From Heptranchias perlo (Eukaryota), in assembly GCF_035084215.1 (NCBI RefSeq), contig NC_090348.1:44888001-44952000 (forward strand): DNA of 64,000 nucleotides, written 5' to 3'. The translations under genes were made by a program, and so were the position numbers. Each line of letters opens with the position of its first letter. Positions within the stretch are counted from its first letter, which is position 1. This document shows, piece by piece, positions 22,896 through 35,889 of the stretch. The notes under the pieces were generated by a model. It was not told the origin of the DNA. It made no database searches and saw nothing but the letters and a program-made list of their open reading frames with translations.

Positions 22896-24721
22896 TTTAA
22901 CAGGCAATTGAAGAAAATAGCTTTAGTAAGTTCATGAAACAACTAAATGTGTTTCGGGAAAAAGGGATTAAGGAATTGGTGAGAAGGTAAAGTTGAGATC
23001 AACCAAAAGGAGGGAAGCTTATTGGGCTAAATAGTCTTTCCCAGTTCCTAACGTCTCCAATGTTTCTGTTTCTTTAACAGACATCACAAACACTTTGATA
23101 TTTAAATAAGCAAAGGAAACATGGCTTCACAATTATCTCATGGAAATGTCCAGATTGTGCTAAACAGGCTTGTACTGAAATAGGAAGCGCATCAAGGAAT
23201 ATTTTTGTCTCCTCAGTCTACAGCATAACTTACACATAACAGATATTATAACACAGGAAACCATTTATCCTGAGGTTGACAAGGTCTTAATAAATAAGGC
23301 CAAAGAAGTGAATGTGTAAATGCAGGTGGCCACAGCAACACCAGCAGGAAGAACACTCAACTGCTTATCCAGCTACCGATCTGCAGTAATGTATGAACTG
23401 GCCTCAAGTGGAAAGATACCAGATCAAGATGGTTTTAATAAGCTCGTTGTATCCTAAAAAGCACATCACATCATTTAACATGACATGTCCTCCATCAGCT
23501 TCATTTCTATGACTGATGAATATTTCCCACATATTTTGACAATGGTATGTTTTATCAGCTCAGATGTCTTATTAAAAATGTGGAGTCCCATGAAACATTC
23601 AACAATATTTACATAGTTTGAAAAACTATGTTCCCAAAAATCCTCGGATTGCAAGATCCTTTGCGCGATATTTGTATAGTTGTGTGAGTGAGAAGGGGAA
23701 CAAAACATAACGAGATCAAATTCGTACTAGGCTGGAACTTAGGAGAGAGGTCTGCAGTTTCACCTCTCCCTAATACCTTAATGGTCTTATAGACAAGGAA
23801 GTACAGGGAGGCCTTCTCAAAGTAGCTTGTAACTAATGGACTTTCTTCCATTTCAGGTCTCTTTCCTTTTATTATGTACCACTTTGTCTTGCAAGCACAT
23901 AAGTAGTCTTGAGATGTTGGAGGAATACTTACAGTAACAGACACTGCCCAACCATCATGGGTGTCAGAAAATAACTATTCATCATGTAGCTAGGTTGCGT
24001 TACAAGGATTTGCTGTGTGAAGTCCTATTATGATGTCAAAGCATTCAGCTGCTAAGTTACACCTTAAATGTGTCCCTTGCTAGAATATGGGCATCCATGG
24101 TAAGCAATGAAAGAACTGAAATGTTACGTCAAAGCTTGGCATGGACCTGTCGTAAATGTATAGCAGGTCAACAAACCACACTTTGCAGCAAGCAAATTAA
24201 GGTCCTCTACCTGATAAATGGTACTGTTGTGTAGCCATATCTTCCCAGTTTTCTTAAGATCTGCCATCTTCTTCCACACCAATGGACTTTCTTCCATTTC
24301 ACGTCTCTTTTGTTTCATTATGTACCCCTTTGTTTTGCAAGCACATAAATAGTTTTGATGTTATAAGTTGAAGGAATACTTACAGTAACAGACACTGCCC
24401 AACCTGTAGCCCATCTTGGGTGTCAGAAAGTGACCATTCATCATGCAGCTAGGTTGCATTTAATGATTTGCTGTGTGAAGTCCTCTTACAATGTCAAGGC
24501 TTTCAGCTGCTAAGTTGCACCATGAATGTGTGCCCTCCTGGAATATGGGCATCTGCGATAAGCAAGAAAAGAACTGAAATATTGTGTCAAAGTTTGGCAT
24601 GGGCCAGTAGTAAATGTATAGCAGGTTGACAAGCCACACTAGGGTCATCTACCTGATAAATGGTAGTGTTGTGTAGCCATACCTTTCCAGTTTTCTTAAG
24701 ATCTGCCATCTTCTTCAACAT

Positions 24722-25270
24722 TGTGAAGTGATGCATTTTGGAAGGAAGAATGAGGAGGGGCAATATAAACTAAATGGTACAATTTTAAAGGGGGTGCAGA
24801 AACAGAGAGCCTTGGGGGTTTACACACACAAATCTTTGAAGGTGGTAGGACAAGTTGATAGAACTGTTAAAAAAAACACACGGGATCCTTGGCTTTATAA
24901 ATAGAGGCAGAGTACAAAAACAAAGAAGTGATGGTAAAACTTTAAAAATCACTGGTTAGACCTCAGCTAGAGTATTGTGACCAATTCTGGGCACTGCACT
25001 TTAGAAAGGATATCAAGGCCTTGGAGGTGGTACAGAGCAGATTTACCAGAAAGGTACTCGGAATAAGGTTATGTGGCGAGATTTAAGAAGCTGGGATTGT
25101 TCTCCTTAGAACAAAGAAGGTTAAGGGGAGATTTAATAGCGGTGTTCAAAACAATGAGGGATTTTGATAGAGTAGATAAGGAGAAACAGTTTCCATGAGC
25201 AGGAGGGTCGATAACCAGAGGACACAGATTTAAGATAATTGGAAAAAAAGCCAGGGGTGGTGGGGAGATG
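24722..25270 (+). mobile_element. CR1 3' fragment, split by the LTR element and resuming at 33994-34240
   Basis: GGGGAGATG|LTR ... LTR|GATGAGGAGAATTTTTTTT reconstitutes a continuous CR1 3' region. Confidence 0.8.
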
Positions 25271-26000
25271 TGTAAGGTTATTGCAACCTGACACCAATTG
25301 CTTGTAGTGATGATCTTTTATTTGAACAAAAGCAAACATTAACACATGCCTTGCCAGCGACGCCCATATGCCATGAACGAATAAAAAAAATGCAAGTATT
25401 TAAGCAGTAATTATCAAAGAACAAGGAATTATATTACCCCGTTGTCCTCTGGGTAGAGATTGTAACTTTGTCACTGCCTGCTTCCTTCTTGCTAAACTGT
25501 CTTCCTTTTCCACACACTCTTCTCTATAATTAGGTGTTGGTTTGTGCTTGGTTCATATCCACCCCTTTTAGAAACCCAACCCCGAGCCATCAAAACTGTC
25601 GTGGTTAGCACCTCCCCAATTTCATCTCCCTTCAACAGATAATGGCCATCCTGTTTGTCTAACTGCTATACAATTTAACCTGATGTTCCTTGCCAGGCAT
25701 TTCAAAGGAACATGAGATGTCTTAAACCCATCCAGGCGGTTAAATTTGATCTCGAGGATGGTCTATCCACCAGTTTCTGTCCCTCCATTGTTCTGGCCAA
25801 TCTCCAATATTAGCAGATCTTAGAAGACATGGGATGCCTTCCACACTCTCTGTGGAATGGGGCAGATCCGTCTGCTAGTTGTGGAAAAGTGCTGAGTTAG
25901 AAAAACACTAAATGCTGGTTGATGACTGAATAAATGCAGTAACTTAAACTAAACTTCTAATACATTTAAAAAACCCTAATCTAAAAGATATTCCCTTACA
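25271..26000 (-). repeat. 3' LTR (~730 bp)
   Basis: TG...CA inverted termini; 25580-26000 matches 33510-33993. Confidence 0.85.
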
Positions 26001-26010
26001 GCTCCCCACC

Positions 26011-26702
26011 TCGAGTGCGCGGCACTGGCAATGCCAAACTCTCACACTCATCATTCCCCTCGTCGTAATAACATTGCAAGCACATACATTACTCCCCTTC
26101 ATGTATTCTATGAACACTTGATTAATAGTTATGTTGGGACAGGTGGTACGTACACATATACATCCTTTCCCTACATACACAAATTCAGTTTGTCTTTCCC
26201 TATCAGATTTAAACTCAAAATGACACCTACCTCCTGTCCCTTCTGGGATAAAGCAAAGATCATTACATTTATAATCCACGGCTACCCAATTGTCTGCATA
26301 TTTTCAAGTGCTATGCCCCGACAATCCTGAATCGTTTGCTATAGCCATACCCTCGCACCAATAGACAATGTCACCTGTGGCGTATGTAGTTGGTGGGTCA
26401 AAGACCAGTCCCGAACAACATCTGGACACTGAGTGTGACGCTGCCTGATGGCTGTTCCTTTTCTCCGAAGGCATGGGCATATTCTCATGACAGGTCCCAA
26501 TTATAGAGGTGTTTTGCCTTTCGTTATCTGTTAACATTATTCCACCCACCCCAGGGGATGCCTCTCATTGCCAAATGATGGTGGTCACCTGGGCGCTATT
26601 GGTCTTAAGACTTTGTTGTGCCATATTAGGCCAGAGGGCATACTGAGTTTCCCAAATCCAGCCATGGGCCACAGCCCATAGATTCATGAATATCTGTAAC
26701 AT
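26011..26702 (-). pseudogene. env-like ORF remnant (Cys-rich, internally deleted)
   Basis: Lies between the integrase end (~26770) and the PPT; splice acceptor CTGTGCTTGATTTTACAG at 26729; ATG at 26702 (MLQIFMNLWAVAHGW...PGVGGIMLTDN); Cys-rich CNDLCF...GRCHFEF...TEFVYVGKGCICVRTTC...NVCACNV. Confidence 0.55.
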
Positions 26703-29247
26703 CTTTCTTCACATGGGTAAGTTGCTCTCTGTAAAATCAAGCACAGTATCTGATTATCGTTCAGTTTTATTGTTCTGCTGCTACCGATTTGAGCTGGTCA
26801 ATATGGTACTATTTAGTAACCTTTTTGTTTCCTTTCCCTGTATACTGGATTAAGTACACAGCCGGACTAGCTCTGTCTACTATGGGAAAGGGACCTTTTC
26901 TTTTAGGCTCAAAAACGTGTTCTCGTTTCCCATAATTCAGAACCATAACTACATCTCCTACTACATACTCAGAGGGTTTTACTTTTTTGTTGAAATACTT
27001 TTTAACCTGATGTTTAGATTTCCCAATATTACGTGCCATAAATCAGTTAGTTTTGTTTACATATTCCACCATCTGGTTTAACCATTTACTTCCGATCGTT
27101 CCCAACAACAAAGGAGTTGCTGTGGGCACCAAAAGATGTCCTGGTGTACGAATCAGTCTTGCCGTCATAGCCTCGTATGGTGAGATACCTATGGTGGCAT
27201 GGGGGGTTAATAGAATTGTCATAAGACACAAGGGCACCATGTTTGTCCATTGAGTGGGGTGATCAACTTCTTTAACATAGTTTTTAATGTCCGATTTCCT
27301 CATTCTACCACACCCGACAATTGTGGGTGATGTGAGACGTGTAGTTTGTAGTCTATTTTCATGAGCTTTTGGAGTTCAGTAAAGATCTTGCCTGTGACCC
27401 TTGATCACTGTCTACTTGTATCAGTACTCCCCACCTGCAGATCACCTCACTCTACAATATTCTAGCTGCAGTAATAGCAGTGTTAGTCCTACGTGGGAAT
27501 GCTTGCGTCCACTTTGTGAATTTATCAATAATGACCAAATAATGCAAGTAACCTAAAGACGCCTGGTATAAAGGGCCTATGAAATCAATTTGTAAATGTG
27601 TCCAAGGTCCCTCAGGGGGAGGTGCACTTAGAAGTGAGGCACGATTGGTGTGTAAGGCTGGATTGTGTTATAGGCATACTAAACATCACGCTACACAGCG
27701 AATGAAGTCATCTTTGCATTCAGGCCACCATGCAACATTTTGGATTTTATGCACTGTGGTCTCTGCTGAACAATGACCATCCACGGCACGACTGTGGGAC
27801 GTGTCAAAGAGTTCTTCAGCCATAGTAGGGGGAACACGCACAATTGCAAATGATTTGGAATTGGGTTGATACATAAGCAAGGACTGTCCATTATCGACAA
27901 GCATGGTTTCGTGAGCCCATGGTGTGGGTTGAGGTAGTGATTTACTTTCTTGGTGCCACGCCATGGTTTGCTCATACGGTAGCCAGGACATTTGTAGGGT
28001 GTATACGTCGAACTTGACAGGATGACTAGCTTTGGCACTGACACGGCCATTGGAGGATGGACCAAAAGGATACCCGGTGTGGGCGGCCTCTTTGGCAGCC
28101 TTGTTGGCTTGAGAATTAGCGACTGAGTGTGGATTGGTTCCTTTGGTGTGGGCCTTTACCTTACCTTGAAGCATGGCTGTCTTCTATCTCTTATTATTCT
28201 AAATAAATCACCATGTATCAATAATTTCCCATCAGAGGTGTGGTTGTTATTCTTACAATACAGAGGAAGTGACAACGTAGTATTGATAGCATAGGCACCA
28301 ACAGACCAAATATTAACAGGTTGGTCGAAGGTTTCAATTACAGCTGTTAAGAGCTCTGCGATTTCAGCATATTGTGCTGAATGTGGCATGCACTTGTGCT
28401 GGGTAATTTGCTCAGGGAGGACTACTGCAAAACCCGTAAATGGTTCTCCCTTTGGTGAAATGAGGAACCGTCGACGTAGACATCCATAACATCCTTCAAT
28501 GGCATCTTCTGAACTGGGTTATTAATGAAGTCTTAATAGCGGTAGTGGACACTCATGTGATTCTCCCCAGTATTGTAACAACTGTGGTAGAAGCGTTGTC
28601 TGTTTCGGTGTAATGTCGAGATCTCGTTCCATCAACAAAAATGTCTAATGGCTCAAACCAGCAGATGATACCAACATATCTCCCGGCTTTGTCAATAGGT
28701 TAAGTGGAGTGTGCGGGAGTGGAGCACTAAAGTTTGCAATCCGGTGATGTACGTATAGTATTTCACAGCCTAAAAGGCGGCCAACAAATGTCTTTCGCAC
28801 AGCTTGTAGATCTTTTCCACTCATGTCAATATTAGCGATGCATAGGCAATAGGTAGGATCTTGCCTTGGACGTCTTGACACAGGACTGCTGCCACCCTCT
28901 GGTCAGTCGCTCCTACCTTCAAATGAAAAGGCTCGCTTGGATCTGGGGTGATCAGACCCGTTGCTTGTATCACCGCCTCCTTTAGCTGTCGTACCGCTTC
29001 GGTGTGCTGCAAGCGCCAACCGGACTGCACATCGTCTTCCTTTCCTTTAAGTAACTCATTCAATGGTTTAGTAAAATCTGCAAAACATGGTATAAAAGCT
29101 CTCTAGTATCCCACCAAGCCCAAGAATGAACGGAGCACTGTCTTAGATACTGAAAAAGGTAATCGCTGTATGATTTTTACTTTGTGCTGATCTGGAGCCT
29201 GTTCAGCAGCAGAGATGGATGCGCCCAGAATTGTCATTCTTTCCTGA

Positions 29248-30986
29248 TGTGGAGATGCCGGTGATGGACTGGGGTTGACAATTGTAAACAATTTTACAAC
29301 ACCAAGTTATAGTCCAGCAATTTTATTTTAAATTCACAAGCTTTCGGAGATTTTCTCCTTCCTCAGGCAAATGTTTCAAGATCTCCTTGAAGCCTACGCA
29401 TTTATACATATTGAACAATAATACATGGTGTTTACAGACTGCCCCTGCAACTGCCCGTTGCCAAGGCAATCACCGTGTTCAGACAGAGAGGTGTTACCTG
29501 CAGAACCTCCGAATACACATTCAACAAAAAAACAAACAGGGAAAAAAAACAGAGAAAAAAAAACAGAGAGAGAGGCAGAAACATCCGGAAGGCAGAGAGA
29601 GCCAGCAAATGACCCATTATATTAAAAACAGATAACATTTGTTCGCTGGTGGGGTAACGTGTAGCGTGACATGAACCCAAGATCCCGGTTGAGGCCGTCC
29701 TCATGGGTGCGGAACTTGGCTATCAATTTCTGCTCGACGATTTTGCGTTGTCGTGTGTCTCGACAACGCAAACCTAACCCTAACCCTATGGACAGGCCCT
29801 GCGAATACACAGGGTCTGCTCAGACGAGGAGGAACGCGATGGACACCTACAGACGCTGAAAGACGCCCTAGTAAGAACGGGATATGACGCTCGACTCATC
29901 GATCGACAGTTCCGACGGGCCACAGCAAAAAATCGCATAGACCTCCTCAGGAGACTAACACGGGACGCAACCAACAGAGTACCCTTTGTCGTCCAGTACT
30001 TCCCCGGAGCGGAGAAACTACGCCATGTTCTCCGCAGCCTTCAACATGTCATCAATGAGGACAAACACCTCGCTATGGCCATCCCCACACCTCCACTACT
30101 CGCCTTTAAACAGCCACCCAACCTCAAACAGACCATCGTTCGCAGCAAACTACCTAGCTTTCAAGAGAACAGCGTCCACGACGCCACACAACCCTGCCAC
30201 GGTAACCTCTGCAAGACATGCCAGATCATCGACACAGATACCACCATCACACGAGATGACACCACCCACCAGGTGCATGGTTCATACTCCTGTGACTCAG
30301 CCAACGTTGTCTACCTCATACGTTGCAGGAAAGGATGCCCCAGAGCATGGTACATTGGCGAGACCATGCAGACGCTGCGACAACGGATGAACGGACACCG
30401 CGCAACAATCGCCAAACAGGAGGGTTCCCTCCCAGTCGGGGAACACTTCAGCAGTCATGGACATTCATCCACCGACCTTCGGGTAAGCGTACTCCAAGGC
30501 GGCCTTCGAGACACACGACAACGCAAAATCGTCGAGCAGAAATTGATAGCCAAGTTCCGCACCCATGAGGACGGCCTCAACCGGGATCTTGGGTTCATGT
30601 CACGCTACACGTTACCCCACCAGCGAACAAATGTTATCTGTTTTTAATATAATGGGTCATTTGCTGGCTCTCTCTGCCTTCCGGATGTTTCTGCCTCTCT
30701 CTCTGTTTTTTTTTCTCTGTTTTTTTTCCCTGTTTGTTTTTTTGTTGAATGTGTATTCGGAGGTTCTGCAGGTAACACCTCTCTGTCTGAACACGGTGAT
30801 TGCCTTGGCAACGGGCAGTTGCAGGGGCAGTCTGTAAACACCATGTATTATTGTTCAATATGTATAAATGCGTAGGCTTCAAGGAGATCTTGAAACATTT
30901 GCCTGAGGAAGGAGAAAATCTCCGAAAGCTTGTGAATTTAAAATAAAATTGCTGGACTATAACTTGGTGTTGTAAAATTGTTTACA
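29248..30986 (+). mobile_element. Penelope-like element (5'-truncated, GIY-YIG endonuclease) with inverted pLTR, inserted in the ERV RT
   Basis: 12-bp TSD ATTCTTTCCTGA (29236-29247 / 30987-30998); 484-bp inverted arms 29280-29763 and 30506-30989; ORF with CKTC, SANVVYLIRCRKGCPRAWYIGETMQTLRQRMNGHR. Confidence 0.92.
30898..30936 (+). ncRNA. Minimal hammerhead ribozyme in pLTR (mirror copy on - strand ~29333-29371)
   Basis: TTTGC-CTGAGGA-A-GGAGA-AAA-TCTCC-GAAA-GCTT-GTGAA. Confidence 0.65.
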
Positions 30987-32544
30987 ATTCTTTCCTGAAG
31001 CAGCTGAGTCTTTTGAGGGTTAAGTTTTAATCCCACCCCTTTTAACATTTCGAACAGCTCCTCCAACAACTGGGGATGTTGCTCCTTTGTTTCTGTGGCT
31101 AGCAGCAAATCATCCAAGTACTGTAATAGGCACTCTGGCTTAGAGAAACTTTGATGGCCTTTGCCATTCACTTGTGGTAGATAGGCTGATATATGGCGAA
31201 TCACTGATGACGCATGCTATAGTTCTGACTAGCTTCTCTGAAAAGGATGAAAATGAAGGTGACTGAAAAGTGGAGAGTGGAAAATTCACGGGGAGAGGAA
31301 AGTGAGAACAAAGGTTATCTGGTTTTATCGGACGATTGGTTCAATGAGCATTATGAAATCCCTGGGGCAGACAAGTCCACGTATAACTCTGATCTTCAAA
31401 AGTAAAAGCGCATTTATACTGATCATCTTTTCTTACGGGTGTGCTCCAGAATCCATTAGCTATGTCTAGGGTCGAATTTGGGATAACAGCGTTGGTGTTT
31501 CCCTTACCACGGGTGAGCAAGTGGGAGTGACTGAATTTAACTTGTGATAATCAATAGTTAATCGCCAACTACTGTCTGGTTTCTTAATGGGCCAAATAGG
31601 AGAATTTGTAGTAAACGTGCCAACTCTAACAATACCCTGCCATACTAATAACTGAACTGTAGCCTCCACATATGGATGGCTTTCCTTAGGAATTGGAATC
31701 TGTTTTGCAAATGGATGTGGGGGTCCGTTCACGGACTCCTCTCCTTCCATCCGACCACAATCATATTTACTGCGGGCAAACGCGGTTGCCCATTTTTGAA
31801 GCATACTTTGTATTTATATACCTCCTCTTTATTAATCGTGAACACTGGATGCATATCTGAAATCTCTACAACCGACTTTCTATTACTCGCGCCAAATCAT
31901 TGCCATTAGTTAGAATAGTCAATAACAACACCGTAATGATCTAAAACATCAGTTCCCAATATACCTTGCCCGTTGTTAGCTCGCATTGCTACCGCAGTAT
32001 GTAGTTTACATTCCGCATCCTGTAAAGATATTCGAGCCGAGCCCAATTGATAAACATACCGTGATGATCCGTCAAAACCTTTTAAAACCGTGCACTTCCC
32101 TCTGGTGTTCGGGATACGGAGTACGAACGATGGTTACCGCTGATCCTGTATTCTATTAGCATCATCTGTCGTTGGCCCCCAAGAGAGACTACAGGTCTAG
32201 CATGGCCATCATGTCCGAACTTCACTACTGACTTTGGGGGGGGCAACTCCCTTCATTATTGGCCCAGATTCTGTCCTTCAGGCGCAGCTGAAGGGAGTGG
32301 GAGGTGTGGCAATTGCCGCCACTTGTTTAGATTGGCCCGCAATGTTACTGGTTGTCAGGAGTGCCAGTATTTATCCAATTTATCCTCTGTAGTATATGAC
32401 CGTGGTTCCAGTTTTTCGGAGTACCGAGATGGGAGAAGGGCTGGGTAGCGGTTCCTTCCCTGTCTACAATCTCTGGCAAAATGTCACCCTATTCCCTGAT
32501 TGTGACCCTTTACTTGGTCTCCAGTTATTCCTATCCTTGTTTAT

Positions 32545-33028
32545 TCCCGGGGATGAGGGAGCGGACATATGAGGAGAGGTTGAGTAGATTGGGACTCTAC
32601 TCATTGGAGTTCAGAAGAATGAGAGGCGATCATATTGAAACATATAAGATTGTGAAGGGGCTTGATCGGGTGGATGTGGTAAGGATGTTCCCAAGGATGG
32701 GTGAAACTAGAACTAGGGGGCATAATCTTAGAATAAGGGGCTGCTCTTTCAAAACTGAGATGAGGAGAAACTTCTTCACTCAGAGGGTAGTAGGTCTGTA
32801 GAATTTGCTGCCCCAGGAAGCTGTGGAAGCTACATCATTAAATAAATTTAAAACAGAAATAGACAGTTTCCTAGAAGTAAAGGGAATTAGGGGTTACGGG
32901 GAGCGGGCAGGAAATTGGACATGAATTTAGATTTGAGGTTAGGATCAGATCAGCCATGATATTATTGAATGGCGGAGCAGGCTCGAGGGGCCGATTGGCC
33001 TACTCCTGCTCCTATTTCTTATGTTCTT
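32545..33028 (+). mobile_element. CR1 3'-end fragment inserted in the ERV gag
   Basis: PGMRERTYEERLSRLGLYSLEFRRMRGD; tail CCTACTCCTGCTCCTATTTCTTATGTTCTT. Confidence 0.88.
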
Positions 33029-33499
33029 GTGTGGTCCCTCAACCACCGACACTGGTTTGCCCCCAGTTCTCGACTTTTGCAGCCTTCCCGTGGGTCTGGT
33101 GATGTGTTCTTTTACATCACCCCAGGCCTGAATAGCGAGTCTCAAAATTTTGTTCCACCTAACAATTTTACAGATGGATACACCCAGTGCAGTTTTCACT
33201 AATGGCTGCAAGTGACTTATAAACATTTGTTTAAACAACGTATCGTTTCACCGATCAGGTGGCGCTTGGTTTGGTAGTGCACGTGCTGGCTGAGTTGGCA
33301 CAATAGGTTGTGTCATCGCAAACATATCCAGCAACCGATTTGCGAAGTGGTAGGGTGCTCTGTAGGTCTCTGTACAGTCAGTGCACAAATTTGCATCAAA
33401 TTTAAGGTGTTTATTCCTAATGAATCCACTATTTCTTCAAACAGCACATCAGACCCATTTACTGCATAAGCGTCAGGAGTAATGCACAGTTTTAAGCCC

Positions 33500-33993
33500 C
33501 CATCTCGACCCCTGAGCCATCAAAATTGTCGTGGTTAGCACCTCCCCAATTTCATCTCCCTTCAACAGATAATGGCCATCCTGTTTGTCTGACTGCTAAT
33601 CAATTTAACCTGATGTTCCCTGCCAGGCGGTTAAATGTGATCTCGAGGATGGTCTATCCATCAGTTTATGACCCTCCATTGTTCTGGCCAATCTCCAATA
33701 TTAGCAGATCTTAGAAGAAATGGGATGCCTTCCACACTCTATCTGGAATGGGGTGCTAGTTCCTGCTTCTCCATTTTCCCAGCTAATCTCCAATATTAAC
33801 ATATCTTAGAAGGCATGGGATGCCTTCCACACTCTCCGTGGAATGGAGTCGATCTGACTGGTGGTTGTGGAAAAGTACTGAGTCTCTGTTAGCAAAACAC
33901 TAAATGTTGGATAGATGACTGAATAAATGCAGTAACTTAAACTAAACTTCTAATACATTTAAAAAATCCTAATCTAAAAGATATTTCCTTACA
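33500..33993 (-). repeat. 5' LTR, truncated (its 3' part, the PBS and the 5' end of gag are deleted)
   Basis: Similarity to the 3' LTR stops at ~33500 and runs directly into gag-like coding sequence. Confidence 0.75.
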
Positions 33994-34242
33994 GATGAGG
34001 AGAATTTTTTTTTACTCAGCGAGTTATTATGATCTGGAACATTGCCCGAAAGGTTGGTGGAAGCAGGTTCAATAGTAACTTTCAAAAGGGAAGTAGATAA
34101 ATACTTAAAAAGGAAAACTTTGCAGGGCTACAGGGAAAGAACAGAGGAGTGGGACCAATTGGATAGCTCTTTCAAAGGGCCGGCACAGGCACGATGGGCC
34201 AAATAGCTTCCTTCTATGCTCTATGATGGTATGATTCATGAT

Positions 34243-34495
34243 CTCAGGATGTCCCAAAGTGCTTTACAGCCAATGAAGTACTTTTGAAATTTAGGCACTG
34301 TTGTAATGTAAGAAATGTGGCAGCCAGTTTGCGCACAGCAAGGTCCCACAAACAGCAATGAGATAATGACCAGATAATCTGTTTTCTAGGCATTGGCTGA
34401 GGGATAAATATTGGCAAGGACACCGCGGAGAACTCCCCTCCTCTTCTTCGAAATAGTGCCATGAGATCGTTTATGTCCACCTGGGAGGGCAGATG
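34243..34495 (-). mobile_element. DeuSINE-like SINE fragment
   Basis: Reverse complement of the SINE body at 95-530. Confidence 0.7.
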
Positions 34496-35889
34496 GAGAG
34501 AGTTAACTCCTTGCTGGGATGCTTGCCCATCTCCCTCCACAACCTTATCCAAGTGGCCTTTATTCATGAGCTTTTAACCGTGAGCTTTTATCTTGAGTAC
34601 GCAACCCATCAGGTTTACTGTCCCAGGCTACAGGAAATAAAAAGTTATTAATCTATATCTATGGAAGGAAATACATTTTTTTTTGCAAGTTTCTGATATT
34701 TTCTCACCATCCTTTCTGCATCATGTGATTCCATCTCCCATCCAATCAGTGACAGTTCATTGGACCCCAATATGCTCCCACACCTGCTAAAATCACTCTG
34801 ACCAGGTTGCTGGGAAGAGTGAGAATAGCCCCAAAGTTCATTCTCCCTCTAAGTTCTACCCTGATATTCCTGTTTTTTTTAAACATACTCAGCTGTGTGT
34901 AATTGTTTTTGCTGCAGCTGAATTTTAAAATGCAACTGCATCTAGTAAAAATATTTTGGTTTTTACAATAGACCTGTAAAACAGCAAGCCATTTCATGAT
35001 TCTGCCTCCTCCCTCGCATAGAAAAATCTTATTCTTACTACCTTTTATATATTCTTCTCCTACTCTTTAATTTCTCCCTTTACTATTTCCTAAGTAAACA
35101 GTGGACAGATAGCCAATGCTGCACTATCACCAGCTGTTATAGAAGAGGTAAGTGGTTCTTGGTGGACTGCCAACTAAATGGTAGCATTGCCTCAAGACTA
35201 CAAGGTACCTGATCCTATTGTATTCTTCTTGGCAGCAAAAAGGCCTAAGGATAATTTAAGCCACTATAATTAAGAGGTTTAAATACAGAGGAAGCATTTT
35301 CCAGTAATTAAAATACATTCTGATGCCAAACCTTGATATGGTACAAAATCACTGTTCCCGTGTGTCTTCGACTATGTTGCATTCGAGTGGGTAACCATTC
35401 CAAGGGACACTGATTAAACAGGACAGATTATTATGGCAACGTGGCTTGTGTTAAAGCTGTAAAAATGAGATGAGTCTGCGTCTCATTTTTCTTGTAGACC
35501 AAGTGGAAAATTCACATTTTGTTAATTCTAGCAAAAAAAGATGTCTAATAAGTACATTAAAGCTAATGATCTCAAATAATTTAATCCATCATTTTCTTGA
35601 GATATTACTGATGTCTGCCGTTAGCAGTTTTAAAAGGCCTGAATGTCACTTTTCATGCACAATTGCTTTCTTGCTAAAATTAGCAGAGGCAGAAATTTTG
35701 GTCTCAATCTTATTTTTTTCTCCCAATTTTCTCACCTCTTGTCTTTGGGTGACGACTTCTGTTGGGGTACAGCTCCATGGATACAACCACTCTCCAGTCC
35801 CTCACCAAGTAGCCACTCTTCATGTGAGTCCAGATAATATCTTCAGCCTGTTCAATTATGGAGGGCAGCACAGCCAAGTGTGATCCTGA

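Larger units (their letters stand above)
25271..33993 (-). mobile_element. Decayed LTR retroelement/endogenous retrovirus (gag-pro-pol-env-like)
   Basis: 4-bp TSD GATG (25267-25270 / 33994-33997); LTR termini TGTAAGG...CCTTACA; PPT GGTGGGGAGC at 26001-26010; protease MLI-DTGS near 32140 (1-nt insertion); RT NSPIWPIKKPDSSWRLTIDY, YTWTCLPQGF, QYLDDLL; RNase H HSAQYAE; integrase GPWTHLQIDFIGP, LVIIDKFTKW, GPF. Confidence 0.9.
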
